Below, in pieces: positions 50,420 through 63,409 of a stretch of DNA of 64,000 bases. Below the pieces are notes generated by a model, which had not been told where the DNA came from, ran no database searches, and worked only from the letters and a program-made list of their open reading frames with translations. This stretch comes from Chiloscyllium plagiosum (Eukaryota). Every line of letters begins with the position of its first letter. Positions within the stretch are counted from its first letter, which is position 1. The translations under genes were made by a program, and so were the position numbers. Location of the stretch: NCBI RefSeq assembly GCF_004010195.1, contig NC_057719.1, positions 29,302,822 through 29,366,821 on the forward strand, in the 5' to 3' direction.

Positions 50420-52820
50420 AATAGACAATAGGTGCAGGAGTAGGCCATTCTGCCCTTCGAGCCTGTACCACCATTCAATATAATCATGGCTGATCATCCT
50501 TAATCAGTATCCTGTTTCTGCCTTATCTCCATAACCCTTGATTCCAATATCCTTGAGAGCTCTATCCAACTCTTTCTTAAATGAATCCAGAGACTGGGCC
50601 TCCACTGCTCTCTCGGGCAGAGCATTCCACACACCCACCACTCTCTGGGTGAAGAAGTTTCTCCTCATCTCTGTCCTAAATAGTCTACCCCGTATTTTTC
50701 AGCTGTGTCCTCTGGTTCGGCACTCACCCATCCGCGGAAACATGTTTCCTGCCTCCAGAGTGTCCAATCCTTTAATAATCTTAAATGTCTCAATAAGATC
50801 CCCTCTCAGTCTTCTAAACTCAAGGGTATACAAGCCCAGTCGCTCCAGTCTTTCAGCGTAAGGTAGTCCCGTCATTCCAGGAATTGACCTCGTGAACCTA
50901 CGGTGCACTCCTCAATAGCCAGAATGTCTTTCCTCAAATTTGGAGACCAGAACTGCACACAGTACTCCAGGTGTGGTCTCGCCAGGGCCCTGTACAGCTT
51001 CAGAAGAACCTCTTTGCTTCTATACTCAATCCCTCTTGAAATGAAGGCCAGCATGCTATTAGCCTTCTCCACTACCTGCTGTACCTGCATGCTTACCTTC
51101 ATTGACTGGTGTACAAGAACACCCAGATCTCTTTGTACTGCCCCTTTACCTAAACTGATTCCATTTAGGTGGTAATCTGCCTTCCTGTTCTTGCCATCAA
51201 AGTGGATAACCATACATTTATCCACATTAAACTGCATTGGCCATGCATCTGACCACTCATCTAACCTGTCCAGGTCACCCTGTAATCTCCTAACATCCTC
51301 ATCACATTTCACCCTGCCACCCAGCTTTGTATCATCAGCAAATTTGCTAATATTACTATTAATACCATCTTCNNNNNNNNNNNNNNNNNNNNNNNNNNNN
51401 NNNNNNNNNNNNNNNNNNNNNNNNNNNNNNNNNNNNNNNNNNNNNNNNNNNNNNNNNNNNNNNNNNNNNNNNNNNNNNNNNNNNNNNNNNNNNNNNNNNN
51501 NNNNNNNNNNNNNNNNNNNNNNNNNNNNNNNNNNNNNNNNNNNNNNNNNNNNNNNNNNNNNNNNNNNNNNNNNNNNNNNNNNNNNNNNNNNNNNNNNNNN
51601 NNNNNNNNNNNNNNNNNNNNNNNNNNNNNNNNNNNNNNNNNNNNNNNNNNNNNNNNNNNNNNNNNNNNNNNNNNNNNNNNNNNNNNNNNNNNNNNNNNNN
51701 NNNNNNNNNNNNNNNNNNNNNNNNNNNNNNNNNNNNNNNNNNNNNNNNNNNNNNNNNNNNNNNNNNNNNNNNNNNNNNNNNNNNNNNNNNNNNNNNNNNN
51801 NNNNNNNNNNNNNNNNNNNNNNNNNNNNNNNNNNNNNNNNNNNNNNNNNNNNNNNNNNNNNNNNNNNNNNNNNNNNNNNNNNNNNNNNNNNNNNNNNNNN
51901 NNNNNNNNNNNNNNNNNNNNNNNNNNNNNNNNNNNNNNNNNNNNNNNNNNNNNNNNNNNNNNNNNNNNNNNNNNNNNNNNNNNNNNNNNNNNNNNNNNNN
52001 NNNNNNTTCTTTGTTCCCTGTAATATATTCCCCTGTTTCTGTCTTCAAGGGCCCAATTTTAGTCTTAACCATTTTTTTGCCTTTCACATACCTAAAAAAG
52101 CTTTTACTATCCTCCTTTATATTTTTGGCCAGTTTACCTTCGTACCTCATTTTTTCTCTGCGTATTTTCTTCTTAGTAATCCTCTGTTGTTCTTTAAAAG
52201 CTTCCCAGTCCTCCGTTTTCCCACTTATCTTTGCTATGTTATAAAGTTAAAAGAGAAAAAGTATATGTTTCTTAACTTCCCTCGTAAGCCATGGCCACCC
52301 ATGCCTCCTCCTAGGATCTTTCGTCCTGTTTGGAATGGACTGATCCTGCATCTTCTGCATTATACACAGAAATATCTGCCATTGTTCCTCCACTGTCATC
52401 CCTGCTAAGGTATTGCACCATTGAACTTTGGCCAGCTCCTCCCTCATAGCTCAATAGCTATTCAACATAAATATTGTCACTTCTGATTGTACCCTCTCCC
52501 TCTCAAATTGCAGATTGAAATTTATTGTATTATGGTCACTACTTCCCAATGGCTCCTTCACTTCGAGGTCCCTGATCAATTCTGGTTTGTTGCACAATAC
52601 CAGATCTGGAATTGCCTTCTCCCTGGTAGGCTCCAGCACCAGCTGTTCTAAGAATCCATCTCGGAGGCACTCCACAAAGTCTCTTCCTTGAGGTCCAATA
52701 CCATCCTGATTCTCCCAGTCTACCTGCATGTTGAAATCCCCCATAACAACTGTAGTAACATCTTTGCGACAGGCCAATTTCAGCTCCTGATTCAACTTAC
52801 ATCCGACATCCAGACTACTA
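50420..52820 (-). mobile_element. CR1 LINE (endonuclease to 3' end, with gap), nested within another CR1 3' end (50355-50420 and 52820-52990)
   Basis: VVMGDFN...FLEQLVLEPTREKAIPDLVL...LGSSDH (APE domain); RPHLEYCVQFWSP. Confidence 0.95.
51373..52006. other. Assembly gap
   Basis: Run of N. Confidence 1.
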
Positions 52821-52999
52821 ATCTAGCCACATTTGCCAGCATTTCACCCATATCCCTCAGCTACTCACCCAGATGCCTTTTAAATGTTGGAGTTGTATCA
52901 GCCTCCAACACTTCCTCTGGCAGCTCACCCATACCAACCTCTGTGCAAAAAAGTTACATTTTGGGTCCCTTTTATAATTTTCCCCTCTCACCCAGAGTT

Positions 53000-53550
53000 G
53001 GAATCTTTTGGTGGCCCATGACGGTGTCTTGGCAGCCAGCAGTGACAGCAGGGCCCAATGAGAACCCAACAACAGAAAGCTGAGAGTGGGTCCTGCCTGA
53101 GCATCTTGTGGAGGCAACATGAGGTCAGAGAGGATAGCATGCAATGGCATTGCAGCCCCATGTGGAAAAAGCGGGCAGCGAGGGAGGTTCCCAGTATCTG
53201 CAGTGGTGGCATCAAGAACAGGCAGCTAAAGGCGCCCTATGAGCACACTAAGCAGATGAGATTGGGCCCCAGCATGGCTAAATATTCAAGAAAGATTATT
53301 GAACATTTTACTTTATTCCTATATTCTTCCAGTTCATATTAAGGAGGACTTTAATGTTAACTACTATGATTTTTCTTTACTTTTCTACTTATTCTATGAA
53401 GGACTGTAATGCTTAACGTTTTAAACTTTGTTTCTCTCTTTTACTATTTTGTACGAAAGTACCTTGTACTTAGGATTGCGCCATGTGGTGACATTATACA
53501 CTTTTCACGGTACTCCTGTACTTGAGTACACATGACAATAAAATCTAAAT
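53000..53550 (+). mobile_element. SINE-like element with L2-type tail, related to the element carrying the 26-bp minisatellite
   Basis: The 3' end cttttcacggtactcc...gagtacacatgacaataaa matches 18014-18055. Confidence 0.55.
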
Positions 53551-53815
53551 CTTCTCACATTATACCCTCTATGCCAATTTTTTGCCCACTCCTATAGCCT
53601 ACCTATATCCTTTTGCAGACTCCATATCCTCCTTATAAATTGAATTTCTATGATTCGTTACATAATTAATATACTTTGCTATATTAGATGTCCCTTTACG
53701 CAAGCCAGTAACATAGGTCATAAATAGCCGAGGCCCCAACACTATGGCACTCCATTGCTTAGTTTGCCAAACTGAAAACAGCACATTTATCTGGACTGGT
53801 TGATTTATTACTTAG

Positions 53816-54040
53816 CAGAAAGTGAGGACTGCAGATGCTGGAGATCAGAGCTGAAAATGTGTTGCTGGAAAAGCGCAGCAGGTCAGGCAGCATCCAAGGA
53901 GCAGGAGAATCGACGTTTCAGGCATAAGCCCTTCTTCAGGAATCCTGAAGAAGAGCTCATGCCTGAAACGTCGATTCTCCTGCTCCTTGGATGCTGCCTG
54001 ACCTGCTGCGCTTTTCCGGCAACACATTTTCAGCTCTGAT
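53816..54040. mobile_element. Palindromic Penelope family A insertion (two head-to-head termini) with two hammerhead motifs
   Basis: Arms of about 100 bp are inverted around 53941. TSD (tgat)ttattacttag. The plus motif at 53940-53977 has a perfect GAAUC/GAUUC stem I. Confidence 0.9.
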
Positions 54041-54912
54041 TTATTACTTAGACAATTCTGTAACCATGCTTATACCACATTCCCACAAACACTATGAGCT
54101 CTTGTCTTGTGCAGTGGCCTTTTATGTGACACCTTATCGAATTCCTATTGGAAATCCAATACTCCCAATAGCCCCACTTCATGTGCCCTGCCTATTACAA
54201 CGTCAAAGAGCTCTAAGAAATTTGTCAAACACAAATTCCTTTTTACTGATCTATGTTGACTCTGCCTGACTTAATGATTTTCTAACAGTTCTGCTACTAC
54301 CTTATAACAGATTCTAGCACTTTCCAATGAATCTTATTAGACTAACTGGCCATATTTTCCTGCTTTAACACCCCCTCCTTTCTTGGAGAGTGGTATTACA
54401 TATGTGCTTTTCCAAACTGGTAGGACATTTTAAGGGTTAAAGGGATTTGGAAAATTCCAGCCACTGCATCCATCACTGCAGCTACTTCAAGACCTTGGGA
54501 AGCAAGCCATCATATCAGTGTCACAAGTTTTCCTAGTTCCATTTTCCAAATACTGTGAATATTAAGCTTCTCCCCTTTCTGTCTTTACTTCCTATCAATC
54601 TTGGGATACTCTATCTTCTACTGTGAAGACAGACAAAATACTTGCTCAAAAACTCTGACATTTCCTTGCTTTTCATTATTACTTCTCCAGTTTTAGTTTC
54701 TAAGTGACTAAGACTTGCTTTGGCTACTCTTTCCTTTTTATATACCCGTGACAGCTTTTACTGTCTGATATTTATATTTCTAGCTTGATTTTTTTTTCAT
54801 ACTTCAATTTCACCCTTTTTTGTTATCCTTTGCTGGATTTTTAAAAAATTCCCAAGATATGGAAGGTATGAAATTGCTGCATATATCCACTAGATTAAAT
54901 ATTCTAACTTAC

Positions 54913-55064
54913 ACTTTGCTTTGGACTGCATTGCTAATAAAGAATTCATCAGTTAGGAAGATGCACTGCTGACTGCCTTGTTCATACTGATTCCAAGTAT
55001 GCAAGAGACTGCACCACTCTGAAGTGAATTTCTCATTGCTGCAGACACACATCAGTACGATAGC
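54913..55064 (-). pseudogene. Exon relic: CBM14-like repeat
   Basis: atgcag| YRTDVCLQQ*EIHFRVVQ/SC/HTWNQYEQGSQQCIFLTDEFFISNAVQSK |gtaagt (consensus donor). Confidence 0.6.
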
Positions 55065-55474
55065 CTGCATAATTAAGTGCAATGAATATAAAGCAATCCA
55101 GGCCATTGTATTTTGCTACTATTAAATACTCCTTTAATATAAAGGCACCCCTTTAACAGCATATCGTTGCAGTACATACATACTGTCCTCAAGTAAGAAG
55201 TGCCTTATAGTTGCTGAGGAAAGAAATGCAGATTGGCAATTACACTGGCAAATCTTCAACTGCAAATTAAAGACAAGCAGCGTGAAGTTACTGCCTTTTC
55301 TTTCTGAAATGTGCTCCTTATTTATTGATAAATGATCTATTCATTTGTTATTTTACATTTGTGCTAGAGATTCCTTCCTTTTTAAGCACCTCCAAAGTGT
55401 ATCATGTTTCTGATTATTATCAATGATCAACCATAAATATGTATTTAAATTAGGAACATTTTATGAAAGCATAC

Positions 55475-55726
55475 TAAGTGTGGAGGAGTAAACCAAAAAA
55501 CATTGTTTCACTACATTAGTCTTTCTTAAAGAGGAGTTATCGATTTGCAAGACTTTTCTTGGTGTCATATGATCCTCTGTTAGTAAGTTGATAAATGTAC
55601 ATAGCCAAGTGCAGATCCTGTTACCGCAAGCAGTTATAGTCATAGGCTGTTGTGCAGCTGTAGCAACACGCTCTTACTTGCTCGCTCTCACCACCTCTGC
55701 AATTTTTTTTGTTAGAAAAACAATAT
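55475..55726 (-). pseudogene. Exon relic: TSP1-like C-terminal half plus a Cys-containing (CBM14-like) unit
   Basis: ttacag| YCFSNKKNCRGGESEQVRAC matches R.C.....C.G...E.R.C; then TAC.../EKSCKS/TNVVKQCF. Phase-1 donor gtatgc is compatible with the next block. Confidence 0.65.
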
Positions 55727-56591
55727 CTGTAATTTAGTGCAAGAGAGGCAAATATACTAAAGACAAATTCAGTTGATGGTCTGGTTCTGGTCATTGACTT
55801 GAATATTTGGTCAGAAAAGTGCAGGAAACCTGTTAACAAAATTGAAATTGACCATACTGGACTTGCCTATTGTACACATTGCTTTCTTCTTTTTTGAAAG
55901 CTTTGCAAATGATCACACACTGCACAATTCACAAATCAGATTCACATGTTGAAGGCACTCTGGAAAGAGTCAACTTCATCTAGTTACGTCCATGTAACAT
56001 ATATTCAAAACTGAATTTGTTGCTATTACTTTACAACAACAACCCCTTGGTGTTTCTTCTACTCAAAAGTCTTAAGGTGCAACCCACAAGATGCACACGC
56101 TCTGGACTATGCTTTACATATTTTCTTGCATTTAGTCCCACCTCTAGATCGAACGGCAATCTATTTTTCTAACAAGGAACTTCACAAAATTATTTGTATT
56201 GTCTGTGAATCTGAAGACTATTTTTCCAATAGTCAGGCCTGCATTACTGTAACAAGTATTCAGTTATTGATCAGTTCAAAATTTATGTTCTTTGATGCAG
56301 CACTTCAGTATCAGGGATAGGATGAAAGGTTAAGAACTATTGTTTAAAAAAAAGAGACACAAAGTTGAATCATTTTGTCTTGCATTCATCAGGACTGAGA
56401 TGCAAGAAACTAAACTTTGAAAGCAAATCAATTGGATTTCTTGTATCTCTGTCCTGATAAGTGCAAGGTGATAAGTTTCAACTTGGTGTCTCTTTTTAAC
56501 AATAGCCTCGACATTCCAGTTAGAGGCAGAAACCTATTTGCAACTCGTTCAGATTAAAAATTAGTTTGAGATGTCTTCTGCACTGCAATAC

Positions 56592-56744
56592 TTGTAGAGA
56601 GGCTTCCTGTTACGTCTCTGTCCACAAGTACATGAACCTGCAGCAAACACAATCTTTGTAGCAACGGTGTCCCCTATTACAGCAGTCAGTGCACAGTGAC
56701 TGTGATTTAAATGCAGTGTAGCACAGCCACCACTTAAACAGGGG
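56592..56744 (-). pseudogene. Exon relic: EGF-like domain plus TSP1-like N-terminal half
   Basis: Strong acceptor tttttctttttag|; PCLSGG/LCYTAFKSQSLCTDCCNRGHRCYKD/GSCTCGQRR. Confidence 0.6.
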
Positions 56745-58064
56745 CTAAAAAGAAAAATTATGCAATACAAATATTGGGATAATGTGCCAGGTGGGTGATG
56801 TCAGTATGATATCAAGTGGGTAAGGTCATTAGCATGCCAGAAGGAGGGGGTCCCAGGTGGGTTGAATAGTCACGTTCACTGACACTAACTTTATATCAGT
56901 GATTTATTAATACGATTTATACTGTACAAATGCTGTGGTAGAATTCGAATTAGTATTCAGTACATTAGCCTGGGTCTCTGGATCATTAGTTCAGTGACAT
57001 TACCACAATGCCATCAGCTCCCCTGGCCAGTGAGTCAGGCTATTGGGTTTGCACAGTAAGTGCAATGGATGGTGGATAGCTGGGTTTTGCAAGGTCTGAT
57101 TGGAGGGATGTGGAACAGAGTCAGGTTACTTGTTATGGTGGGAGTGAGTTTCTGGTCAGAGTGTAATTATCAGAAATCTGGAGTGTGTAAAAGGCCCAGG
57201 AGGGGAGTAGTTCTGGTAGAGTTGAGGGGTCAATGGTGAGTCACAGATCCAGTTTGGTAGTTAATCAAGGGATAGAAATGACGTTCTAACTTGTCCTGAG
57301 TAATTAAGAGTTGGAACCCTCTAAGGCTTTGATGGACTCTTTCAAAGAGTTCCAATGAAAGGGAATTGCCCAACAGAAAATTCAATTTCCCAGATAATTC
57401 CTGCAGAGTCAGCTGTTTCTGAGATTCCATATGGTCCTGATGCACAACTACAGTCTATGCTGTTCCAATACCTCTGTGGTCACTAGATCATCTGAGCTAA
57501 TGTTTTCACCATCTATACTTTGCACTTGGTCATTAAAGGAATACAAAATATGTTTAATTATTCAAGATTGAGAGGAAAAAGGTCAAGATGTCCTTAGGTG
57601 ATATCGTTATCATTTACAAAACTCTCTGTCTATCAGGCTACACAGATCAGATTAATTATTTAGAGATTTCTGATTTATGGGCATCAATGGTTAGGAGGCA
57701 GTGGAGCTGCTAGAACTAACATTAGTCAGGAGTAAAAATCCTGATTTGGCGAATTAAAAACAAAATTTAGTATTATAGAATCTTCAAGCTGGGTTTGTGA
57801 AGTTAGTATTTGTTAAGTCATCTACATTTACTTAGACAAACAAAAGGCAACGGGCTCTCCAAAAGACAAACAGTAATTTAAAACTAATCTTGTTGTATCC
57901 TAAAGAGTGCTTCCTGTTTTTGACCCCTCAATACCTCTACTTAGGAACCACAAAATTAAAACAAAACTGTAATCATATCTACCATAATGTGATAACTGTA
58001 ATTGTGAACACAGCCACGATAAAATGTTTATTCTAATGTGTAATGTGCAACATTACACTACAGA

Positions 58065-59060
58065 AACACAGAAGACACGGGCAGGAGGCGGCCATTCAGC
58101 CTTTTGAGCCTGCTCCGCCATCATGGCTGATCATCCAACTCAATAGCCTAATCTTGTTTACTTCCATAACCTTTGATCTTATTCGCCCCCAGGTGCTATA
58201 CCTAACCACCTTTTGAATATGTTCAATGTTTTGGCATCAACTACTTCCTGTGGTAATGAATCCAACAGGCTCACCACTCTTTGGGTCAAGAAATGTCTCT
58301 TCATCTCTGTCCTGAATGGTCTATCCCAACTCCTCAGACTATGACTTCTGGTTCAGGAACATCCTCCTTGCATCTACCCTGTATGGTCCTGTTAGAATTA
58401 AGTCTCTATGTGATCACCCCCCCCCCCAATTCATCTGAACTCCAGAGAAAACAGTCCTAACCTAATCACGTTCTCCTCATATGTCAGTCTCGCTAACCTC
58501 GGAATCAGCCTGGTAAACATTCTCTGCACTCCCTGAAGAGCAAGAGCATCCTTCCTCAGAGAAGGAGACCAAAACTGTACACAATATTCTCGGTGTGGCC
58601 TCACCAACGCCCTGTATGACTGCAACAACACATCCCTGCTCCTGTACTCAAAACCTTTCACAACGAAGGCTAACATACCACTTGCCTTCTTTACCATCTG
58701 TTGCACCTGAATGCTTACCTTTAGCGATTGTTGCACAAGGACATGCAAGTCCCACTGCACACTCCCCTCTCCCAAACTATAGCCATTCAGGTAGTAATCT
58801 GCCTTCTTGTTTTTGTTTTCAAAGTAAATAACCTCATATATCCAAAATTTACTGTATCTGCCATTAATTTGCCCACTCACCCAATTTATCCAGTTCATGC
58901 TGACGGATCTCTGTATCCTTATCACAGTTCACCCTCCCACCCAACTTGGTATCATTTACAAACTTGAGATGTTACATTTTGTTCCCTCATCCAAATCATT
59001 AATATATATTGTGAATCCCAGTACCCACCCTATGGCATCCCACTAGTTACTGCCTGCTAA
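58065..59060 (-). mobile_element. CR1 LINE 3' half
   Basis: ORF 58431..58925 ALVRPHREYCVQFWSPSLRKD...RLGLFSLEFR. Confidence 0.95.
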
Positions 59061-59189
59061 TTTGATAACATTGATTTTCTATGTGGTAAATGTCCCAAAA
59101 AAGTCCTAATCCAAATACCAACAATGATGGAAAATGTGTCATGATTATATATTAAATTGAACACAGGAACTGGTTAAATTCTCAGTTAC

Positions 59190-59360
59190 CTGCTAGCGTA
59201 ACTCAGTGCCCAGTACAAGTCCCTGTACACCAAGAGCAACCTGATAGACTCTGTAGCTTGATCTTGTTCAAAATTATATTGTGTAGCTGTGAATAAATTA
59301 TACATTTTGGTGGCCTCTGTGACAAACATACTGTAGGCTCCAGTGCGATGTGACAACACC
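59190..59360 (-). pseudogene. Exon relic: EGF-like end leading into the next EGF
   Basis: ESIR/CSWCTG/LYWALSYAS AG|gtaact. A phase-2 join to 56744 gives ...SYAS-S-PCLSGG (compare CASSPCLNGG). Confidence 0.5.
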
Positions 59361-59365
59361 AGGTA

Positions 59366-59389
59366 ACACACACACACACACACACACAC
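59366..59389 (+). repeat. (CA)n microsatellite
   Basis: Directly visible. Confidence 0.95.
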
Positions 59390-59459
59390 AAAAACATTCA
59401 TTCGCACTTATTTTTTTCTAAAGGTCATATTTTGATACAAGCCAATTTTTATATTTAAA

Positions 59460-59605
59460 AAAAAATCAATGGTTTGACCTTGAGAACATGCCTTGGAGGT
59501 TTAGCAACAATCCATTCTGTATCAATGAGCACATGAAATTGCTTTTATGAGCTAGGATGCTTTCAGCGCATTTGATAGCAGATGATTGGCCTTGCCTGAC
59601 AAGAC
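59460..59605 (-). pseudogene. Exon relic: CBM14-like repeat
   Basis: tttttactgcag| SCQARPIICYQMR*KHPSS*KQFHV/CSLIQNGLL/SKACSQGQTID matches C..RP...HP..C.QF..C..G....C..G..FD. Confidence 0.65.
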
Positions 59606-59759
59606 CTGCAGTAAAAAGATTTAATGTATCCAGCTCAGAGTGAATTGGATCGTAACCCACTGACATTATATCCTCAGCCCCAGGGAAGACAGGGCTAACT
59701 GCTGGGTGGCTGCATTAGTCAGACTTAATGGCTTTACTAAAGGAAACAGACCATGACAT

Positions 59760-59940
59760 GGCTAAACAAAACTGGCAGAAAGACTGCATTAATCGAACAG
59801 ATTTCAAACTCATCAGCAGCAGGTTTTTCCGTTCTGCAAACAATTAGTCTGCCATTTAATGTTCCATGCCACGTTGCACATAAACCTTCTCTTTCAGGTC
59901 TATAATTATTTACACCAGGTGCATTTATTTCACACGTTGT
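59760..59940 (-). pseudogene. Possible CBM14-like exon relic
   Basis: TTCEINAPGVNNYRPEREGLCATWHGTLNGRLIVC..EIC in an open frame; loose match only. Confidence 0.3.
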
Positions 59941-60534
59941 TCTGACTTTTAACATTGACAGAAACATGATGAGTAATTTGCTAGCCATTACTTTAGTCTC
60001 TTTGTATGGGTTTTGCCCTCAGGTATACTGTTACATTAACAAGCATTGGAATATAATGGAAGGAAATAGAATTTATCCCAGTTAACAAAGGATATTAGCA
60101 CCCCTGGAAAAGAGCCCCAGGTGACTGAACAGCATTGATTTCAAAACTTCCAAATGACTGGGGCTCTTGTACTGAAATGCAAAAGATGTTTGAGCTGCAG
60201 AATACAAAAATAATTTCAATAATGGACAACGAATGGACCTGGCTCACTTCATCAGAAACTAATGGAGCAGCAATTATCAAAAGGGAGAGTAATCAAAGAT
60301 TTTTCCTTGTTTGAATGAATTTTACAATTCCTCTTGTGAGTCAAACAAGAATATTCCACAATGCATAATCAAAAGTTATACCCAAAGCACTTCAGCACCC
60401 TCTGGTGTCAACAGAAATATCAAAATGCTCAGTAGATATGTGCAATTAGTGTTGCAAACCTGATTTGTGCCAAGTTAACAGATTCCAGTTATGATAAATT
60501 TGGCCTTTGGATTCTCATGAACTATGAAAGAAAT

Positions 60535-60865
60535 AGAATTAGAATCCCTACAGAGTGGAAACCGGCCCTTTGGCCCGAGAAGTCCACACCAACCCCCCGA
60601 ACAGTAACCCACCCAGGCCCATTCCTCTGCCCTATATTTACCCCTGACTAACCTACACATCCCTGAACACTATGAGCAATTTCCCATGGCCAAATCACCT
60701 AACCTGCACATCTTTGGATTGTGGAAGGAAACCAGAGCACCCAGAGGAAACCCACATAGACACGGGGAGAATGTACAAACTCCACACAGACAGTTGGCTG
60801 AGGCTGGAATCAAACCCTGCTCCCTGAGGCAGCAGTGCTGATCACTGAGCCACTGCGCCGCCCTA
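60535..60865 (-). mobile_element. HE1-type SINE
   Basis: Reverse complement of the SINE consensus seen in this window. Confidence 0.92.
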
Positions 60866-61010
60866 TGGGGCAGTAGGCAAGATGGCTGGGAGAAGGAAAG
60901 ACCTTCAGGAGAGGAAAGTCAGGAAGGCTTCACCCTCTTATTATCCAGTAACCAATTTCAAAGCAAAGAGACAGGAGCGGTTTGATCTGCAGCCTCATAT
61001 CTTCCTTCAC

Positions 61011-61104
61011 CAGTCAGTAAATAGCATACGATATTCATTCAGATTTTTGCTTAAAGAACATCTATTTGGATTGGTTTGGAAAGAATTGTCAGCAGTCTGT
61101 GGAG
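61011..61104 (-). pseudogene. Possible CBM14-like exon relic
   Basis: ttcttgtacag| STDC*QFF/NPNRCSLSKNLNEY/VCY |gtgaag. Confidence 0.4.
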
Positions 61105-61269
61105 CTGTACAAGAACAGATACATACAGTACATAAGTTTTTTTTTAAAAAAATAGCAGATATGCAGGAAAACAAGTCGATACCACTGCCAGAAATTCAGT
61201 TACAAAAAATCATGCTGAAGTCATTTTCTTAATAAATTGTAACCAGTAACTTGACACCACAGTAGCTAT

Positions 61270-61398
61270 CACATTCCTGATGAAGGGCTAATGCCCAAAA
61301 CGTCGACTCTCCTGCTTCTCGGATGCTGCCTGACCTGCTGTACTTTTCCAGTGACACACTTTTTCACACTGATCTCCAGCATCTGCAGTCCTCACTTT
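61270..61398 (+). mobile_element. Solo Penelope family A terminus with mutated hammerhead (GAAA to AAAA)
   Basis: CUGAUGA-A-GGGC-UAAU-GCCC-aAAA-CGUC; TSD caccacagtagctat at 61255-61269 and 61399-61413. Confidence 0.85.
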
Positions 61399-63034
61399 CA
61401 CCACAGTAGCTATAGTAACTTAATTAGTACAGCCTAATATTGCATCAGAATTAAAATTATCAATTCTGATAATTCAGTAATTAAGTCAACTTGCTTCTTA
61501 CGCTCACCTCTTGAAGAAAAACCCTTCCCTTAATGTAATTAATATTTTCTACTTAGGGACATAGGAAAGGGAATAGGATGTTTAGCTGTTTAAGACTATT
61601 CAGCCATTCAATGAGTTAATGGGTGATCCAGCCATGACCAATTTCTAGTTACAAACCTTTGACTCCATCCCAAGAGTCTTAAAAATGCATCAATTTTGGA
61701 TTATGGAACCAACAGTTGAAGTTGCAGCAATTAACATTTATAGAGGACCTGCACATTTCTACCACCCTTGCACATAGGAATGTTTCCCAATTTCACTCTT
61801 AAAGATCTAACTCAAAATTTTATACCATGCCCCACCAATCATTGAGTTTAGGTAAAGCAGTTTCTCTTTATAAAGACTGGAGGAAATGATCATGTTGTCG
61901 TAGTATAACTGAATGAATAATTCAAAGGCCAAGGCTAGTGCTCTGGGGGCATATGGTCAAATTCCACGATGGCAAAGAGTAGAATTAAACTTCAATTAAT
62001 AAAATTGAGTAGTCTTCAATTCCAAGTGTTGGTGATGAAGACAGCTATCAGTAAATGCTGTAAAATTGTATGGCTTACCAATATCATCCAGGGAAAGAAA
62101 TCTGCCATTGTTTTCTAATCTGGCCTACAAGTGACTCCAGACCCACAGCAATGTGATTGATTCTGTCCTCTGAAAGATCTAGCAAGCCATTCAGTTCATG
62201 GGCAATTAGGAATGGGCATCAAATGCTGGCCTAGCAGCAATGTCATTATACCAAAAAAAATACTCATTTGTTCTCCTTAAGATCTTGAAAACGTTGATCA
62301 GACATTTCATTTGAAATCTAGAATTCCATCTAGAATATGCAATTTTCCCTTGTATACTAATAATCAGAGTCAAGTACATTTGTATTGCACTCTCCAATGG
62401 CATTATATCCTATAAAGGTATGGCACCCAGACCTGCTGACAGTAATCCACATCTAACTAGAACTTTACGTCATTGAAACATAACTTGCATCTTCTTGCAT
62501 TCTAGACATTTAGATAAATTCTAGAATTTGATTAGCTTCTTGGTTATTTTCTGTACCTCTTTATAACATTTCAATGACCAAGGCAACTGGATGTCCAAGT
62601 CTCTTTGGACCTCTACTGTTTCTAGCATATCACCATTGGAAGTATGCTAGCTGGTTGGCCTCATTTTAGCCACATTTAAATCATATTATCATTGTTTTCT
62701 ACATAGTCACCAAGAGGGATAGGGTTATAACTACAGAATAGGCCATTTAGTTCATTGCGTCTATGCCAATTCTTTGTAGAGGATTTTGTAGTGGAAAATC
62801 TGCCTCAATTTTCCACCCTATCCCCAATAGGTGTTTAAACTTTTGTTCAAGTGCCCTTCCAACTTTTATTGAAATCATTGATCACCTCTGCATCCACCAT
62901 CCCTAAAGGCAGAGAGCTCCAGCTCACTACCACTTAAGTGTGAAAAAGTCCTTCCTCATATCCAGTCATGATTCTCTTGATCAAAATTTTGTAACCCAAC
63001 CTTATAGTTAAAATCCCTCATCTCTGGAACTAGT

Positions 63035-63335
63035 TTGGCTCAGTGGTTTGCACTGCTGCCTCACAGCACCAGGGTCCCAGGTTCAATTCCAGCCTTGGTC
63101 AACTGTGAGGAGTTTGCACATTCTCCGTATCTGCATGGGTTTCCTCCGGGTGCTCTGGTTTCCTCCCACGGTCCAAAGATGTGCAGGTCAGGTGAATTGG
63201 CCATGCTAAATTGCCTGTAGTGTTAGGTGCAGTAGTCAGAGGGAAATAGGTCTGGGTGGGTTACTCTTCAGAGGGTCGGTGTGGACTGGTTGGGCCAAAG
63301 GGCCTGTTTCCACACTGTAGGGAATCTAATCTAAT
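63035..63335 (+). mobile_element. HE1-type SINE
   Basis: A/B boxes, conserved core and taatc tail. Confidence 0.92.
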
Positions 63336-63409
63336 TTCCTCTGCACCTTTTGTCATGATGTTGTAATAAACAGCTCATTAATCTTTAAATTTCATCAGCT
63401 GTTTCATAC

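Noticed and set aside
39917..52408. Long ORFs spanning X runs (up to 405 aa)
   Set aside because: Artefacts of translating through N gaps.
60882..61232. 116-aa plus-strand ORF
   Set aside because: No domain similarity or splice support; it overlaps a minus-strand exon-like block.
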